A stretch of 64,000 bases of DNA, from positions 8,546,030-8,610,029 of the forward strand of contig NC_134036.1 of the NCBI RefSeq assembly GCF_964204645.1, in the 5' to 3' direction. Shown in pieces: positions 41,408 to 55,420 of the stretch. The notes below the pieces were generated by a model. That model did not search any database and was not told the origin of the DNA. It saw nothing but the letters and a program-made list of their open reading frames with translations. Origin of the DNA: Tubulanus polymorphus (Eukaryota; Animalia; Nemertea). Each line of letters begins with the position of its first letter. Positions within the stretch are counted from its first letter, which is position 1. Made by a program: the position numbers and the translations under genes.

Positions 41408-42041
41408 AGGGGAACTGCAGTGAAAAGTTTTTGATATCTATATGCATTTGAAACCTCTATAAATACACTTTCGCGAAAACAGAAAAACATTCTATCTAAT
41501 AGTTTTGCAAAAAAAAAGTTTTTCGTAGAGTTCCTGGCCGCCGCCATTTTCTCTGCGTAGCAGACGCTTTCTCTCAGCTGTGACGTATTCCGGCCCAACT
41601 GCGATATGTGTTACTGCTGCTATTCATAGTGTTTTCATCATTTGAAGTCAAACAACAGTTCTAAAATGCAGCATAATGCTGCATCAGCAATTATTTGGAT
41701 ATGTCTCACACAGTGGGTAGATAAATAAAATCAGAGACGACACTGAAAGCCCAACAGGAGTGTTTAAATCGGGATTTTCAACTGAGTTCTTCTATGAGTG
41801 TATGTATTTGTGTACACACTCCCGCATGTGATGGGCCGGGATACGTCATCAATGTTTACAAGCCTCGCTTTGGAGGTTAAATATGGCGGCTCTCTCTGCC
41901 TTAAATTCTGCCGATAACAGTATTAAAATTGTTGTGTATGGGTTAATTAGGGAGAATTGGAAATTTTAACTAGCATTATGCTAAACAACAACAAGAGTAG
42001 AAATGAATAGCAAATTATAGTTTTGGCACTGCAGTTCCCCT
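41408..42041. mobile_element. Kolobok-like MITE
   Basis: TIR AGGGGAACTGCAGTG / CACTGCAGTTCCCCT with TTAA on both sides. Confidence 0.8.
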
Positions 42042-42194
42042 TTAACTCAGATCGTTTTTCAACAATTTCTATCCTTTTAATGCTTAACTATAATTCAGAT
42101 TCTCACAACACAGACAGGTTGTAATTCGTGAATGGTCGCTTAGAGAAAAGCACTACACACTGCACTTCACTCACCAAATCTACCTTTATGATTA

Positions 42195-44148
42195 CTGTAA
42201 TCCATGTAATAATGGAACAATCACATAACCTCCATCAGGTACTGGTAGGCATACTGCCTTGGATTTCAAATCTTTTTTTTTCGATGAGACCTCTCCTAAT
42301 CCCCTGCTCCAAATTAGCTATGAAGTAAATATTCACAATTCTTGAATCGCACGGCTGATCAAAGAAACTTTCCATCTGTCTAATCTTAATAACATTACAC
42401 ATACAAGTATCATGGCGAATCTCCTTGACAATAGCAAACTCAGAACTATTCAACAAAAATACACTATCTTTGTCATCATCAGATATCCTGGGCGATTGTC
42501 TTTTTTTCGTTCTGTATAAACATGCATTGTTCATTTCACTTTCCCGAAGCCTTTTTACAACTTGAACTAGTGGGGACTGGGATTTGCGTACAAGCCCTTT
42601 CAAAATCTGCAGAAAATTCTCGAAAGGGAATGCAGATATAGCATTAAGGGAGCAGCCAAAGTGTTCCACGTCTTCATGTAAATGAATTAATGTGTGAACG
42701 TTGTACGTACAGAAAGTGGTGCCATAAAACATTGGGCATTTTTTTACAAAATAATCCAGAAGCTGTTTAGCATATGGTAATAACTCATTCCTTTGAGCAT
42801 CGTCAGGATTCAACATGATAAAAAGAGGAACTGTTAAACAGAGAAAATGTTTATAATGGCCAGGTCTTAGCACGCCACGTAATGAGATTGGACCAGAATA
42901 TAGAACAAACTGACGCAACTCTGTGGCTTTCCATCGATCTAGCTCAGTTAGTCCACGTGGTTGTCTGGCAAAATCACTGGGAAATTTATTTTTGAATGAT
43001 TCCAAAACTAGAGAAACTTGTTCCACTTGTAAATTGGATAGTTTGCATATTCTGGGACCAGACTTTAAAAATGACAATATCCGCTTAACTACACCCTGAC
43101 ATATAAGATGCATGTAATCAAGACAGAATGTAGAGATACAACTGATACCATAATCAATTAATGGTGACCGCGCAGTTTGGTGAACATTATACTTATAGTC
43201 ACTAAATTTCTCATCGGTTCTTAATGTGTGTAAGCGCAAGCTATGATATACAACACGTCCATTCCAATGACCACGTATTTTACATCTTTCGCATCCATAG
43301 TAACCGTTGTGGCCAATTATACATTTCAAGAAAGATCGTGCTGGTGCATCACAAACTATGGCTTTTATATTGAATCTGAAGTTTTTCCCCGAGTACAGGA
43401 TACCAGATATTTTCAGGTTATTGAATTCTTCAAGAAAGTCATATAGGTATTCATGCACATCATTAGGTTTCGAATTCCCTAAGAACAATGCAATAATAAA
43501 AGGATTAAATTCTGCAAAATATCCAAGAATAGGCCAAAACTGGCTCTTGCTCGATTTGAACAGCGGTAGACCATCAACATTCACTTTTAATTCAATAATC
43601 TCATTTTCATTGACAAACTGTATATTATCAGCCAAACACTTGGTAACATTGGTTTCTATGCCTAAATACACATACTGTCCACCACACTTATGAAAAGATT
43701 CAACATTTCTAGGTCTTTTTAGTATTGTACGGCAATCTTTCGGTAAATCATGGCCATGTGCTTTAAGGATAGACAACAACTGATTCAAAGAATATTGTGT
43801 TGTCTTGTTTTCAACAGCCCACGTGGCCAGTTCATTTCGGAGAGCAATATCATTAGGCCCTTCATCATCATCACTGGAAGATAGGCCTAGGCTAAAATCC
43901 GGATCACTGCCCTCAGAAGTAGAAATATCAGAGTAATGAGCGACGGCTTCTCTTCCATTCTCTATTCGAATATCATCAGAAAGTAAAGTCTCTCGATCCA
44001 ATACAGAATCAGAAGAACTAGCTTGATATGATGACTCAGCGGAAGGTGAAGAAAACTGAATATTATCTTCCTCTAGCTGTAGTTCCTGTCTAACTTGTCC
44101 AGCTATATATCACCAACGATTACTGTGATTACTGTGATGAACAGACAT
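42195..44148 (-). pseudogene. EnSpm/CACTA transposase with two small lesions
   Basis: Motifs NVDGLPLFKSS..FWPIL, CDAPARSFLKC..GHNGYYGCERC, LDYMHL, WKATELRQF, YNVHTLIHL and SAFPFENFL. In-frame ATG at 44148 with TGA at codon 13. An extra A in the A9 run near 42275 displaces the KAVCLP..YVIVPLLH C-terminus. Confidence 0.92.
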
Positions 44149-44656
44149 TCTAACTATAAAAAAAAATTTTGAGCTGATCTAATACAGCAATTTTATTTTC
44201 AAACAATTTTTCTTTTGGAATTTTGAAATATGCCTAATTGACCCTTACGCCCTGAGGGGTACAAATATTTGAAATCCATTCAGTAACTTTGTCACCATTT
44301 GTTAGTAGATCACTCCTACGAAATTTAATGAAAATCTGATTGAAGTACAAACAGTAAATGACGATGACAGAAGCTTATACTGACTTTCGGTTGCATTGAA
44401 CGAAGGTAAAAAATCATAGGCTTATTTCTTGCATTGATCTGCCAAAATCAGTTTCAACACACCCTGACCTAAAAACCTTATGCATAAAACTGAGGATGAC
44501 CAATAGCTTGATATTCTACTCATTTCAGTCCAAATCTATGCATCGAAGGCCATAAATTTCCTGTAGCCCATTATGAAAATAAATTGATTAAAATTACCAT
44601 TACCAGGTAGGCCTAGGCTATAGTTAACTATGATTTTATACTGCTACATATTACTA

Positions 44657-44830
44657 CAGCGGGACCTTGTTACAGCGAACTTCACGGGACCAGAAAATCT
44701 GTTCATTATAACCGATAGTTTGTTATATCCAGTATGAAATTAATTGAATTTTCTTATGTGCGACGAAATTCTATATTTGTTATATCCGATGAATCATTGT
44801 ATCAGAGTTCGCTATAACGAGGTTCCACTG
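44657..44830. mobile_element. pogo/Tigger-like (Tc1-mariner) MITE
   Basis: TIR CAGCGGGACCTTGTTACAGCGAAC / GTTCGCTATAACGAGGTTCCACTG with TA flanks. Confidence 0.8.
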
Positions 44831-44964
44831 TATAGTATTACCCGGCGTATTCATTCAAAAACAATTCCACAACACAACCACAAATGATCTTTTCTAATTC
44901 AAGTTCCAAAGCTTGTCAAAAAGAATTGTGCTGCCATCTATCATCGGTGTTCTGTTAGTAGTAC

Positions 44965-45670
44965 TGCATGCAAAAACCGTAAGTTTCCCAAGTCTCTGTT
45001 TCTAGCTAACGCATGCGCACGTCCGTGCTAGGAAATCCTCTAAGTCGAGAAATCGGCAGAGTGCGCGTGCGTCACTACATGTGAACTTTAGTAATGACAA
45101 GTCGCTGTAGTTTCTATTAGATTTGAATCCCGAAAAAAATATGTATCTTATTGTCGCTGGTTCGCCTTATAAGCTATTAGGTTCGAATCCCGAAAATTAC
45201 TGATCGTATTTCAAGCATTACGACATGAACTTTGATTATCTCAGTCGCGCTGCTTCATTTTGTTTGCCGCGTTAAAAAAGTTGCAAAAGTTCACACAGCA
45301 GGTTCATTTCATGGTACTGACATGACTCAGTTCAGAAAAATACACACATGTAGTGATGCACGCGCACTCACAGGCACTCGCTGATGGGCTTGGGATACAG
45401 TTCCTGGGGGTTATTGATAATGTATCTGGTTTTGAGTGGTTATTCTGCAATAAATCTGAGAAAAAACATTTATCTTGCTTCTGTTGGAGTACTGATACGT
45501 TTAAAAAGATAATGGCCGCTGGCGGCTCCACGTGTCCAAGCCTATCGACGAGTGCCTGTGGCGCACTCGACCGATTTCTGGACTTAGAGGATTTCCCAAC
45601 ACTTAACTAATGCGCATGCGTTAGAAAGAAAGGGAGACTTGGGAAACTTTACGGTTTTTGCGTACTGCAT
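44965..45670. mobile_element. MITE with a TIR of about 55 bp
   Basis: GCAAAAACCGTAAGTTTCCCAAGTCTC..CTAACGCATGCGCA and its inverse at about 45611-45661. Confidence 0.65.
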
Positions 45671-46559
45671 CTCGATTTTAAGGCCTTGATACTGTGTCAA
45701 TCGACAGTAACGTTATCACCTACGCTACCTTAATAGTATGTAGACGTATAAATAATATCACCGACGATAGCTAGATCAATGGTTATACATGTAAAAGAAG
45801 TAAAAAACGAACCTTTTCTTCGAGACACATTCTCCCAGTTTTCGGCTTTTCAGCGGGGTGGTGTGTACAGTGGGTTAGTTCACAGACGTTCGATCCAGGT
45901 AGTTGCCCGGATGTTCGTGACGGTGCACGTTGGGTTCGAGTCCTTGCTATCTCCGCGAAATAATTAAACGATGATTTTATCTTTTTTTGTAAAATAAAGG
46001 TTATATCAATCGAATAAAAGGCTTATTGTGGGTTCTTTTATTGCAGTAGTTTAAAAAAATATTTTAGGTGATTTTGTCAAATTCACGTCGAGAATAAAAC
46101 AAAATCTAGTCGTCAAAATTCGGTCGAAATTACAGTAACGTCATATTGACGTCAAATATACATTTATAACCGCAACGTCTGTATTTCGATGTCATTTCCA
46201 CGTCATAATTTGGTCCTTGTGTTTACTGGGTGAAAACCATGCGAATGTTTTAACTATCTATATGATACCTCACCTTACCCTAATCATATCCCTAGGGGTA
46301 AAACGGACTCTGTTCTCAGAAGTGATGAAGTAGAAGTAATGAACATTTGAATTAGAATATCTTAACTTCGAGCTTGTAATATATTTTGATTGTGCGATGA
46401 ACTCTTTTTAATTACTTGCGAGCTGCTTGTGAGCGATGTGAACTGTGCGAAAGCTTTCAGCATTATTTTAGTATTACTGAACTGTTAATTTGTCGAATTT
46501 TCTAATTTCATTTGTACAATAATGACTATGCTCATGATATGGATTTGATTTACGTATCA

Positions 46560-46630
46560 ATATTTTCATGTTGACGGGGCCTGATGATGGCCAATAGCAG
46601 TAGCCGAAACATTGCTCGTAGAACATCTGA
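46560..46630 (+). ncRNA. Degenerate paralog of the hammerhead motif
   Basis: CTGATGA (46581-46587) ... GAAAC (46606), with two mismatches in stem II. Confidence 0.4.
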
Positions 46631-48568
46631 TTTTTAGCTGAATTCATTGTGGGATTTCTCTCGTTATTCACCATACACGGATATTGTATATTTTCTCGTT
46701 TTTTCATTTTTATGTTGGTTTTGAACTACTAAGATTCTGCGATTCTAGTACCTTATTAACTTTAGATGACAGTAATACCTTCAACTTACATGTAAAATAT
46801 GATCACTGCTGAAAGTGTTATAGTTAGGAATATCTATTTACTCCAGTGACAATATTTTGATTCAAAGATTTAATTCAATCATCTAGTTTCAGTCTGTATG
46901 GTAAAACTGGCTAACCGAGAGCTAACCAATACCGGTATATAGAAAGTGGTCGCTTGAAAATTAGTTATTTTTACGCAACAGGAATCTATCTTGATTACAA
47001 GGGCACTTCGATTAATCGTTTCAATAGTCACCACTGTAAATTAGCCAGTAGTTTAAATGACCGTATTCAATCAACCGATTCGTATCCCAAGAACGAGACG
47101 TGTATCTAACCACAGTAATTATTCCTCTTCAAACGTTTGGTCATCGTATTGTACATCTATACATCATTACTATCTCCAGTTAATAGAAGTGCAATAAAAT
47201 CTAGAATCTATGATTTGAGTTTTTTGGAACATAACAAATTGTGTTGATTTTTATGTAATTTAAATCAAATATTGGGAATATTTTACCGGGGGATTTTTAC
47301 TTCGGGGATAACAACCTAAATTATTTTATATCATCGGTAAAAAATAAAACAACAATTGATCTTTACTACACTTGTATTCCTTTTGGAATTTAATATGTTA
47401 TTTCGTACAATAGTTCATCACAGTGCGTCATTCGCGCTTAAATGTACAAAACTTCTTTACAGAGTTCAAAATATAAACCAAAAATGGCTAAAATCTCAAG
47501 CATGTACTAGCGCTGACGGGGATGAAACCAAGTCTCGATTCATTGCCTAAAATGGACTGGGTACATTCATTCAGATCAGGACTTAAATACGCTTATAATG
47601 AATATCTTGCATGATATCATTTTACATTACGGGTGTCTCAGTGGCCTGGTTTTACTTGTAAATTGTCATCAATTAATTAAACATCACAAGTAACTTCTGA
47701 ATTGTGTTGCATTTACTTACGGCTTAATGACTGGTATATAATAGCTAGTCGGCTATAGAAAGACTAACCCGATAAAATTCCGTTAACCGTTCGTCCAGAG
47801 TCGAACACTCGCGCATTAATTCGCAACGATTTAAAAGAAAGAAAATGATTGCATGAAATCTAGTTTTCGTATCAATCGGCGTCCAACCTCTTAAACCATC
47901 CTAAACACATTAGTGTAGTAGTAGTTTGTGTCTATTTGCTTTTGCTGATGTCATTTAACATAACAATGGAAATATATTCGTTTATTTGGAAATTATATGA
48001 AGATATGGAGTAATTATATGACAAATCAAATCAAAGCAAGGCAAAACATAGCGCACTTCAAATTAATGATACGGCCTTAAAGACTTATCATATATTAACA
48101 GTCCAGTTTAACGACTATTGATATGAATAGTCCAGTTTTGATATGACTGTCGCAACAGTCGGAATAAAACCTATGAAATCTAGGAGCATTTATCTCAAGA
48201 AATTTAGATTTGATAGAGATAATTGTATTGTATTGTATGAGGATTAAACATTTCAATGGCTGGTGATTATTTGTGATGAAGTAATCAGTGAGATGGACTG
48301 TTGATTTAGCCCTGATTGAGGCACTCAGGCCAAATAAAAATTTTAGATAAAACAGTGCATTCGTTGAAGCAGAACACATGGTTTCAAACTAAATATAAGT
48401 AGCTAAACCGTTTATTTTTATTCCTAACTTTGCATCACTCCCGATATCAAAAATAATTCAACAGTTTGATTAACGGACTGTTGCAGTTAACAACATGTCA
48501 ATCTGATAGAGAAGGTATACAGAGGAACAAGAAAAGGACATCCAACTACACACTGAAAAAGCTTTATT

Positions 48569-51500
48569 AAGGGTGTATGCGACAAATAAGGAAAATACAG
48601 TTAATTTCCCTGTTTTCGGCTTAAATTTGAAGTAGATGAAAACCTGTTTTCTTCGAATTGAAGCCACGGGAACCACTTAACCTCATTTTCAAGCCGGCTT
48701 AGAATTGGCGATGTTGGGTTATTATGTCATTGATTTGCACAAAACGGACACCAGTATAATCAAATTCCCATCCTCGATGGCAAGCGTTTCCAAAAACCCA
48801 GCAACAGTGAGTTCCGGGAACTCATTTTGACATGGAATGTCGGAATCCAAGCCTTCGATAATTTCCCATCTCCACCGTGACCCGATAGACTCAATTACTC
48901 AAATAATTTGCGGACCTCCCATTTTGACACGACATTAAGAATTCAAAACCCGCCAAGGAATCGACCACGAAATTCAATTAATTTAATTTTTAATACATGA
49001 ATAAAAGTTAACCGGTAGGAAATTATACGGAACAATTATCATCTTACCCACGTACGTGTATATATATACCCAGCATTATAGATATTATTGAAGTTTTCAG
49101 TTAAACAAGCCATAATAGAATTTAGGTGACATGAACTACTACCAAAAAATAAGCTTTTCATCTTATTCCTAAAGGAACTGGTTCAACACAAATCAGTTAT
49201 CTATTTTGTTACTAGCATGCAAAGCAAAACATTCAAATGTTCAAAAACATTTAAATTTTTGATATATTCTAAATGTATTGTTTGCTTTTATTTCTATTAA
49301 CGGAATTGATGAAAAAGTTGTTTAGCTGAATCGCAGTATCGTCTCGCAACTGGATCTTTTATGACACAGTGTATTATACTTTTTCCACTTTGGGGTTATT
49401 TTCTAAGTGATTCACAATACGCGAGCGGATAGTGATGGTGATTGAATACTGATTAAAGATAAAATGTCAGCTCTTTAATCTGTATTAGTGTATATGCCCA
49501 TATAATAGCTAGAAAGGACATATGCAGCAAATAATCACGAATCTGAGGATGTTCAATGTATACACTGACTTTTAAGTGTTCTTAATATCCAGCAGTGATG
49601 TATAGTGTGTGTATTATTGAAGTCCGTGTCCATGTGCAATAGGTATTATCGAGTAGACGGAATGGCCTGGTCGCTTTCGGTCTATGTGGCTTTATGTTGT
49701 AATGTTACGGAATTATAAATAAAATGCTCTAGTATAGGCCTACAAAGAAAGTCTTTATAGCGGTCAAATGCATGGTCTCGAAGAAAGAGTGAACCATGCG
49801 AAAGTTATTTACAAAATAATGTGAATTATCAGGCCATGGTAGTAGGCGGCATTGCAACTGATTCGAAATAGTCGTGTCATCATTAAGAAATATCACATTT
49901 AGATTAATAGTTTTAGCCGGTGCTCGTGGTAATTCTGATGCGAGAATGGTGTGATAAGATTAAACCAAATGATATTTTAATTTTCGTGTAGTGATAACAA
50001 TTGGTCGTTTGATTCAGTTGTTCATTTTCTTGAAAATAGAAACCCTTATAGAACTCAGATGGAAAATCTACTATGTTAATCCACTAGTTTAAGCAAGTTT
50101 CGTTTTATCTAAATAATATATTAATATATTTAGTGTAGTTTCGATCACAATGAGTTAAATTAGATATGATTATCATTGTTATGAGAATGAGGCAAATTAG
50201 GTTGGACTTATGATCGGACGTTCCGGTTTCATACAACAAAACAAATAGAATGGATATTCTATATCATGAAAATATATCAAATATGTGAAACAGTTCGCAT
50301 TGACACGATGCAGTGATATTAATGAGCTATTTGTTCTATTGACGTTGACCATGAACATGAATAAAGGTACTTAAGTACCAGCAGAACAGTTTTTAGTCTT
50401 TGAACAGTCTAACTTAACTAAATGATATTTTCATTTAGGTATCTGCTTACAGCGTTCTATTTTCTTGTTTTGAATAATTTTTTGTTTCATATTGGTAGCG
50501 ACGTATTGGTTTGATGTCTGCTCGGGAATTCTATTACTGACGAAATAGAATTACCTCCAGTTGAAGAATCAACTTATAGTATTTGAAAAAAAAGATTTTA
50601 ACGCCTGATTCATAAGTCCTCATTCAATATCTTCTGATATCTGTCTCATAATCGGGCAACGCATATAGTATAGGAGCAAACCTCACGGGTTTCAAAGGCC
50701 TGAAATAGGCTTTTGAGATCGGAATCGCTGTCGCCATCTTGTTATCATTTTAATACCGTCAACATTATTTAGAGCTTATGTTCATCTCTTATTTATTTGG
50801 CGTGTCCCTACAAACCCACCACAACTGCCGGGACTGAATTACGGGCTCAGAATTTGAAGTCAAAATTCGGGGTAACGAATATTCTATGTATGGATTATCG
50901 CAGATTCACTGAAATTTCAGTTTATATAAAATATCCAGTTAAGAAATTCCAGTTCAGTAAATAATTCCATTCAACCTGCACCAGCAAGCAACGATCTGGG
51001 GCTTTTAGTGTCGGCATTATATAGGCCTACATTGACATTCTGAAATAACTGAGCCATATTGACTGCATATTTTCTGCTCTCGTTTTCAACGAATAAATAG
51101 TCAGAAAGTTAATATTAACACATGACACTAGGCACGCTATGGTTAACATAATATTGAATTCGACCAGTCTACTGCGACACAGATTAAAGGTATCAGTAAT
51201 GAAGACTAGTTATGAAAAATAGGGTCCGAGTGCTGACACCTACACCCTAAATTCTAGTAAAGAAATTATTTTTTCATGTGGTCCAACCAGTATTTGATAA
51301 ATCTATGCCAATGAACCTACAGAAAGATAGATCGCATAGGAAACAGTTTAGGTGATGGTCTCACTGTATAACCTATAGGGTTGCTAATGTTCACCTATTG
51401 ATGACGATCGTTCAGCCGCTCTCAAGAGCTCTCAAGAATACTTAGTTCTAATCCATCCCAAAATGAATTGGGCCATTTCTATTGAAGCCTTTTACCTTAT

Positions 51501-53551
51501 ACAAAAACAAGAGGATATCGCCATAGTTGCACCATGGGCTCGCTATAACAAAAACAACTGAGGAGGTCAATAGTCAACGGGATCTAATATTCGGTACTCT
51601 GCTATGCACTTAAAATGGACCTACGAAAATCCGAATACATCTCTACATTTCGTTTCATGTCTTGCGAGAAAATAGGAAAACCACACTATCAAAAAACGAT
51701 GATGTCTTAAATGTGGCAAATTTAGGCAAATACTGACCTTCAAATTCAAACATTGTATTTATAGATTAATAATACAACATACGATATACATCAATACACA
51801 TAATTTAGTTATCGGGCCCATTGCAGGTCTACGCAATCTGATATTATTTGAATATGTATTTATAAAGGAAGATGACGCGTTAACACGGTTGTTGATTGAT
51901 AAGCGTGAGTCTATCTGGGTAACGGGTAATAATCCGCCACATAAACATCTAGCACTTCCAAATTTAATTTCATAACATGTTAATCGATGATTCTCATCTT
52001 GATTAAGAAAAACATATATCGATGTTACTATTTCTACGGAGCACTAGATGATTGACGGTAATCCCTTCAAAGTGTACTATGAACGCCAGCGAAGCACACG
52101 AATCATTTTAAGGATTGATAACTTGATATTTTGATTCGAGGAGTACGAGTTGTTGATTAGATTCGAACCTCAGCCCATAGAGCAAAGACCATTGGCTAAT
52201 TAAGGTCACGTGAAAATGGATAATTTATATTTAACATTAATTCAATGATTCTACATACATATATTCCTCAACACCTTTGTGAAAAAAATTATCCACGGGT
52301 TTCTAAAATATTGCATTTTTCCACTATTTGACAATCTCTGCAGTATGCAATCCTTACTTCGAATTAAATACTACGATCAGAATTACAATTTCATAACCTT
52401 GTTTATCAACTCTAGGTGACAGTGACCAAATGATAATTGAGAATAATAAAGAATATTGTTTCTGAAGTATACTTCAGAAACAATATTGCTTGGGGTATGT
52501 TTTCGATTGAATTCGATTAATTCGCCATATAAAACAAAAGCGATCAGACCATTTTAGTACCCCGATAATACGGATTTAGGCACGGGTATTTGTGCGGGCA
52601 TCATCATCTCCATATACACATGATAAATTATTGCTGGAGATTTATAATAAAAGTCAAAGCACTGATGCAGCATTGTAGTAAAGATTGACTGTTTATTTCC
52701 TGACGCCCGTTATTGCCTATAGGCCTACACAAGAATGGAGATCAGATGAAATGAAGTCCTGTCATTCAACCAAACGGATATTCAATTAATTTCGTTAATA
52801 AAGAAGCAAACAAAACTAAAGAAATAAAATCATTTCTTTGACAGAATTTGAACTTGGACCTTGAATGCTTTGTTTTGCACACACCCAGCTACTAACAAAA
52901 TAAACAACAGTCTGTATTGCCTATTGATTCATTGCGCATGTAGTGACGTCATTGTAGTGTATAATACTATTTCTCGTGGTTTTTATTGGGAGGTTGGAAA
53001 ATAAATGCGCTTACACTCTGCAAATATGTTTTATACTCTAGTCTATCAAGCATCAGAATTTGATAAAGTAACTTATCTATAATAATTGTGACTTTCATAA
53101 TTACGGAACTTTGTTCCAGGTTTTGGAACCTAAAATTTCGATTGTTATAATATGTTTAAAAAGATGTATAGTGTACAACCCACTGATTAATGAGGTTTCA
53201 ATTTAGGTTTATATGCAGTGGACCTAATAATAGTAATACATAAGATAGAATAGTTTTTTTTGGAGTTTTTCTTTTGGATTCCGACATTCCATGTCAAAAT
53301 GAGTTCCCGGAACTCACTGTTGCTGGGTTTTTGGAAACGCTTGCCATCGAGGATGGGAATTTGATTATACTGGTGTGCTTTTTGTGCAAATCAATGACAT
53401 AATAACCCAACATCGCCAATTCTAAGCGGGCTTGAAAATGAGGTTAAGTGGTTCCCGTGGCTTCAATTCAAAGAAAACAGGTTTTCATCTACTTCAAATT
53501 TAAGCCGAAAACAGGGAAATTAACTGTATTTTCCTTATTTGTCGCATACAT
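48569..53551. mobile_element. Non-autonomous long-TIR DNA element of about 5 kb (MULE/Foldback-like)
   Basis: Near-perfect TIRs of about 275 bp (48574-48850 and 53273-53550); 8-bp direct repeat GCTTTATT; absent from the paralogous site at about 19855; no ORF of 60 aa or more between the TIRs. Confidence 0.9.
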
Positions 53552-55093
53552 GCTTTATTCGGGTTTTTTTTACCAGGGGCCTTTACCTTGGGGTATATTT
53601 AACTAGGGGATTTTTACTGAAAGGGACATTTACGGGGCGAGGTTTTACCCGATCACATCGATTATTGAATGACATGTTCGATAAGATCATGACAGAAACT
53701 GGTATCACTAGTACAATTTGATAATTTTCGCTATTCGGGTGGTTATGTGGATTATTGGCGATACCGTTGGTAACTGACTAGCTATTTGTATCACTGATCG
53801 GACTGTGAAAATATGGCTTTGACAAAACCACAACGAGAAATGAATCACACGCAATATTTAACTCGGAGACAAGCTTAACCATGGAATCAGTAACGTCTTT
53901 TTCAGTCCATGGCTATTGGAAAAATCAATGAGAAATACTGCCTCCGACTGCCTCCGATTTTTATGACGAAAATATATGAATGAATTCCGAACAGAATCAA
54001 ATCAGGTTGTTCTTGGTATTGTGTATACATTTCATTTAGTGGATATTTCAATTAATTCGTGTAATTAGGAAAAACTCGATCCAATAATGGGTTTTTCTTT
54101 CGGTTTTAAGTAATTTACAACTTTTACCAAATACGGACTACATGGTTTGACATTCAAACCAGTGATCGGCCTTACGATCGGCCTTTCGTAGAATCCCCCT
54201 GAAGGTCACAATTTTAGTAATTTGACCTTGGGAGGTTTAAACCTCCCGAATCCAATTAGCAAAGTATCGGTCCTCTTTTTCGGCGACAATAAAAGTCCCA
54301 TGCGCGTAACTTTCTATTGTGCGCCTGCCGCGTTTTGGGCACGAGTAGCTTACATAATCTCAATTGAAAGTTGAGATCACAGGCAGATATTGAGTTCTAT
54401 GGGCCACACATTACATCATAAATTGGTCAGCAAATAAAGTGTTTTGTGGTATAAATGACATGTTTGTACTATTTTACGCTGTAAATTTATCATTTTTCAG
54501 GACTTAAGGACCAAAAATCGACGATACAAACTGAGAAAGTATAAAAAAAATTGAGAACGCAGTACAAGTATATTTAGTACATTCGCATACCTGTCATTGT
54601 CATCGCAGTGGTGAACTAATAACTCAACTTTTTTACACAATACCTCGGCTGTATTCAGTGTACGACCGAAAAAAGTAATCTATTTGGGTCAGTCCTTAAC
54701 CGAAATTCAGAAATTATTCAGGTGCTATCGAGACATATGACATAATTTGCACAAGGCCCCAGTTCGACTTGATAAGTAGGAGTAATATGACTGCGGTACG
54801 AAACTCTGGCTCATTCGAAAATATAGCAACTCAGAACGAAGTAGAGCCGTCTCAGGGTGAGTTCAAATGATTCTATATATAGACTTGTTTGTTTTTTTTT
54901 AGTATAAGTTAATTACCGTTGTGAAATTATATACATTACAAAATGATTCGCCACCGCGCACGAATGCACATTTTAGGCGAAATTTACAAAAAGAACGAAA
55001 ACAAAATGAGTAATAGGAAATGTGTTGTTTCATACCAGAGGTCGAGAGGTCGAGACACCACTCATCACCACAAGTAATTTTTTTTCCTTATAA

Positions 55094-55420
55094 ATGGGAG
55101 ATAGAAAAGCATTCTTAGCAACAATAAATAACAGAATTAAACCAGCAAAAAAACAATTTGAAATAAAAAAGTTAGTTGATGTTACAAAAGAAATTGAACA
55201 TAAAATATTGAAATTAGAAAAGATAAAAACTAAATATGGAGAGAAAGTATCAGCGAATTTAAGCTACTGTAATGTTAGTACATCGCGAGAATTTAAAGTA
55301 TTTTTACCTGATAAATGGCCTTCATTGAGTACAGAGGAATTAAAAGATTTAGAAGGATTTAAAATAATCTATCATGGAAAAAATGAAGACGGTCATCATG
55401 ATTTAGAAATTGTTGATTAA
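55094..55420 (+). CDS. Hypothetical 108-aa Lys-rich protein, probably of the Polinton-like element
   Basis: Intact ORF preceded by the same TAATTTTTTTT-N-TAAATG start motif as the viral genes. Confidence 0.55.
   Translation: MGDRKAFLATINNRIKPAKKQFEIKKLVDVTKEIEHKILKLEKIKTKYGEKVSANLSYCNVSTSREFKVFLPDKWPSLSTEELKDLEGFKIIYHGKNEDGHHDLEIVD

Larger units (their letters stand above)
32232..46230 (-). mobile_element. Full-length CACTA/EnSpm (CMC) DNA transposon, 13,999 bp
   Basis: 12-bp TIR CCCAGTAAACAC / GTGTTTACTGGG and a 2-bp TG TSD. It splits a repeat whose empty site (CTCGC-TG-AAAACCA) is intact at 13813-13826. Subterminal GATGTC/GACGTC motifs; encodes a transposase and ORF2. Confidence 0.95.
46530..54560. 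repeat. Segmental duplication, copy A', interrupted by a 5-kb insertion
   Basis: Matches 17790-19860 up to 48568 and resumes at 53552, matching 19853-20900. Confidence 0.92.

Noticed and set aside
43243-43693. + strand ORFs within the transposase
   Set aside because: Antisense shadows with no recognisable motifs.
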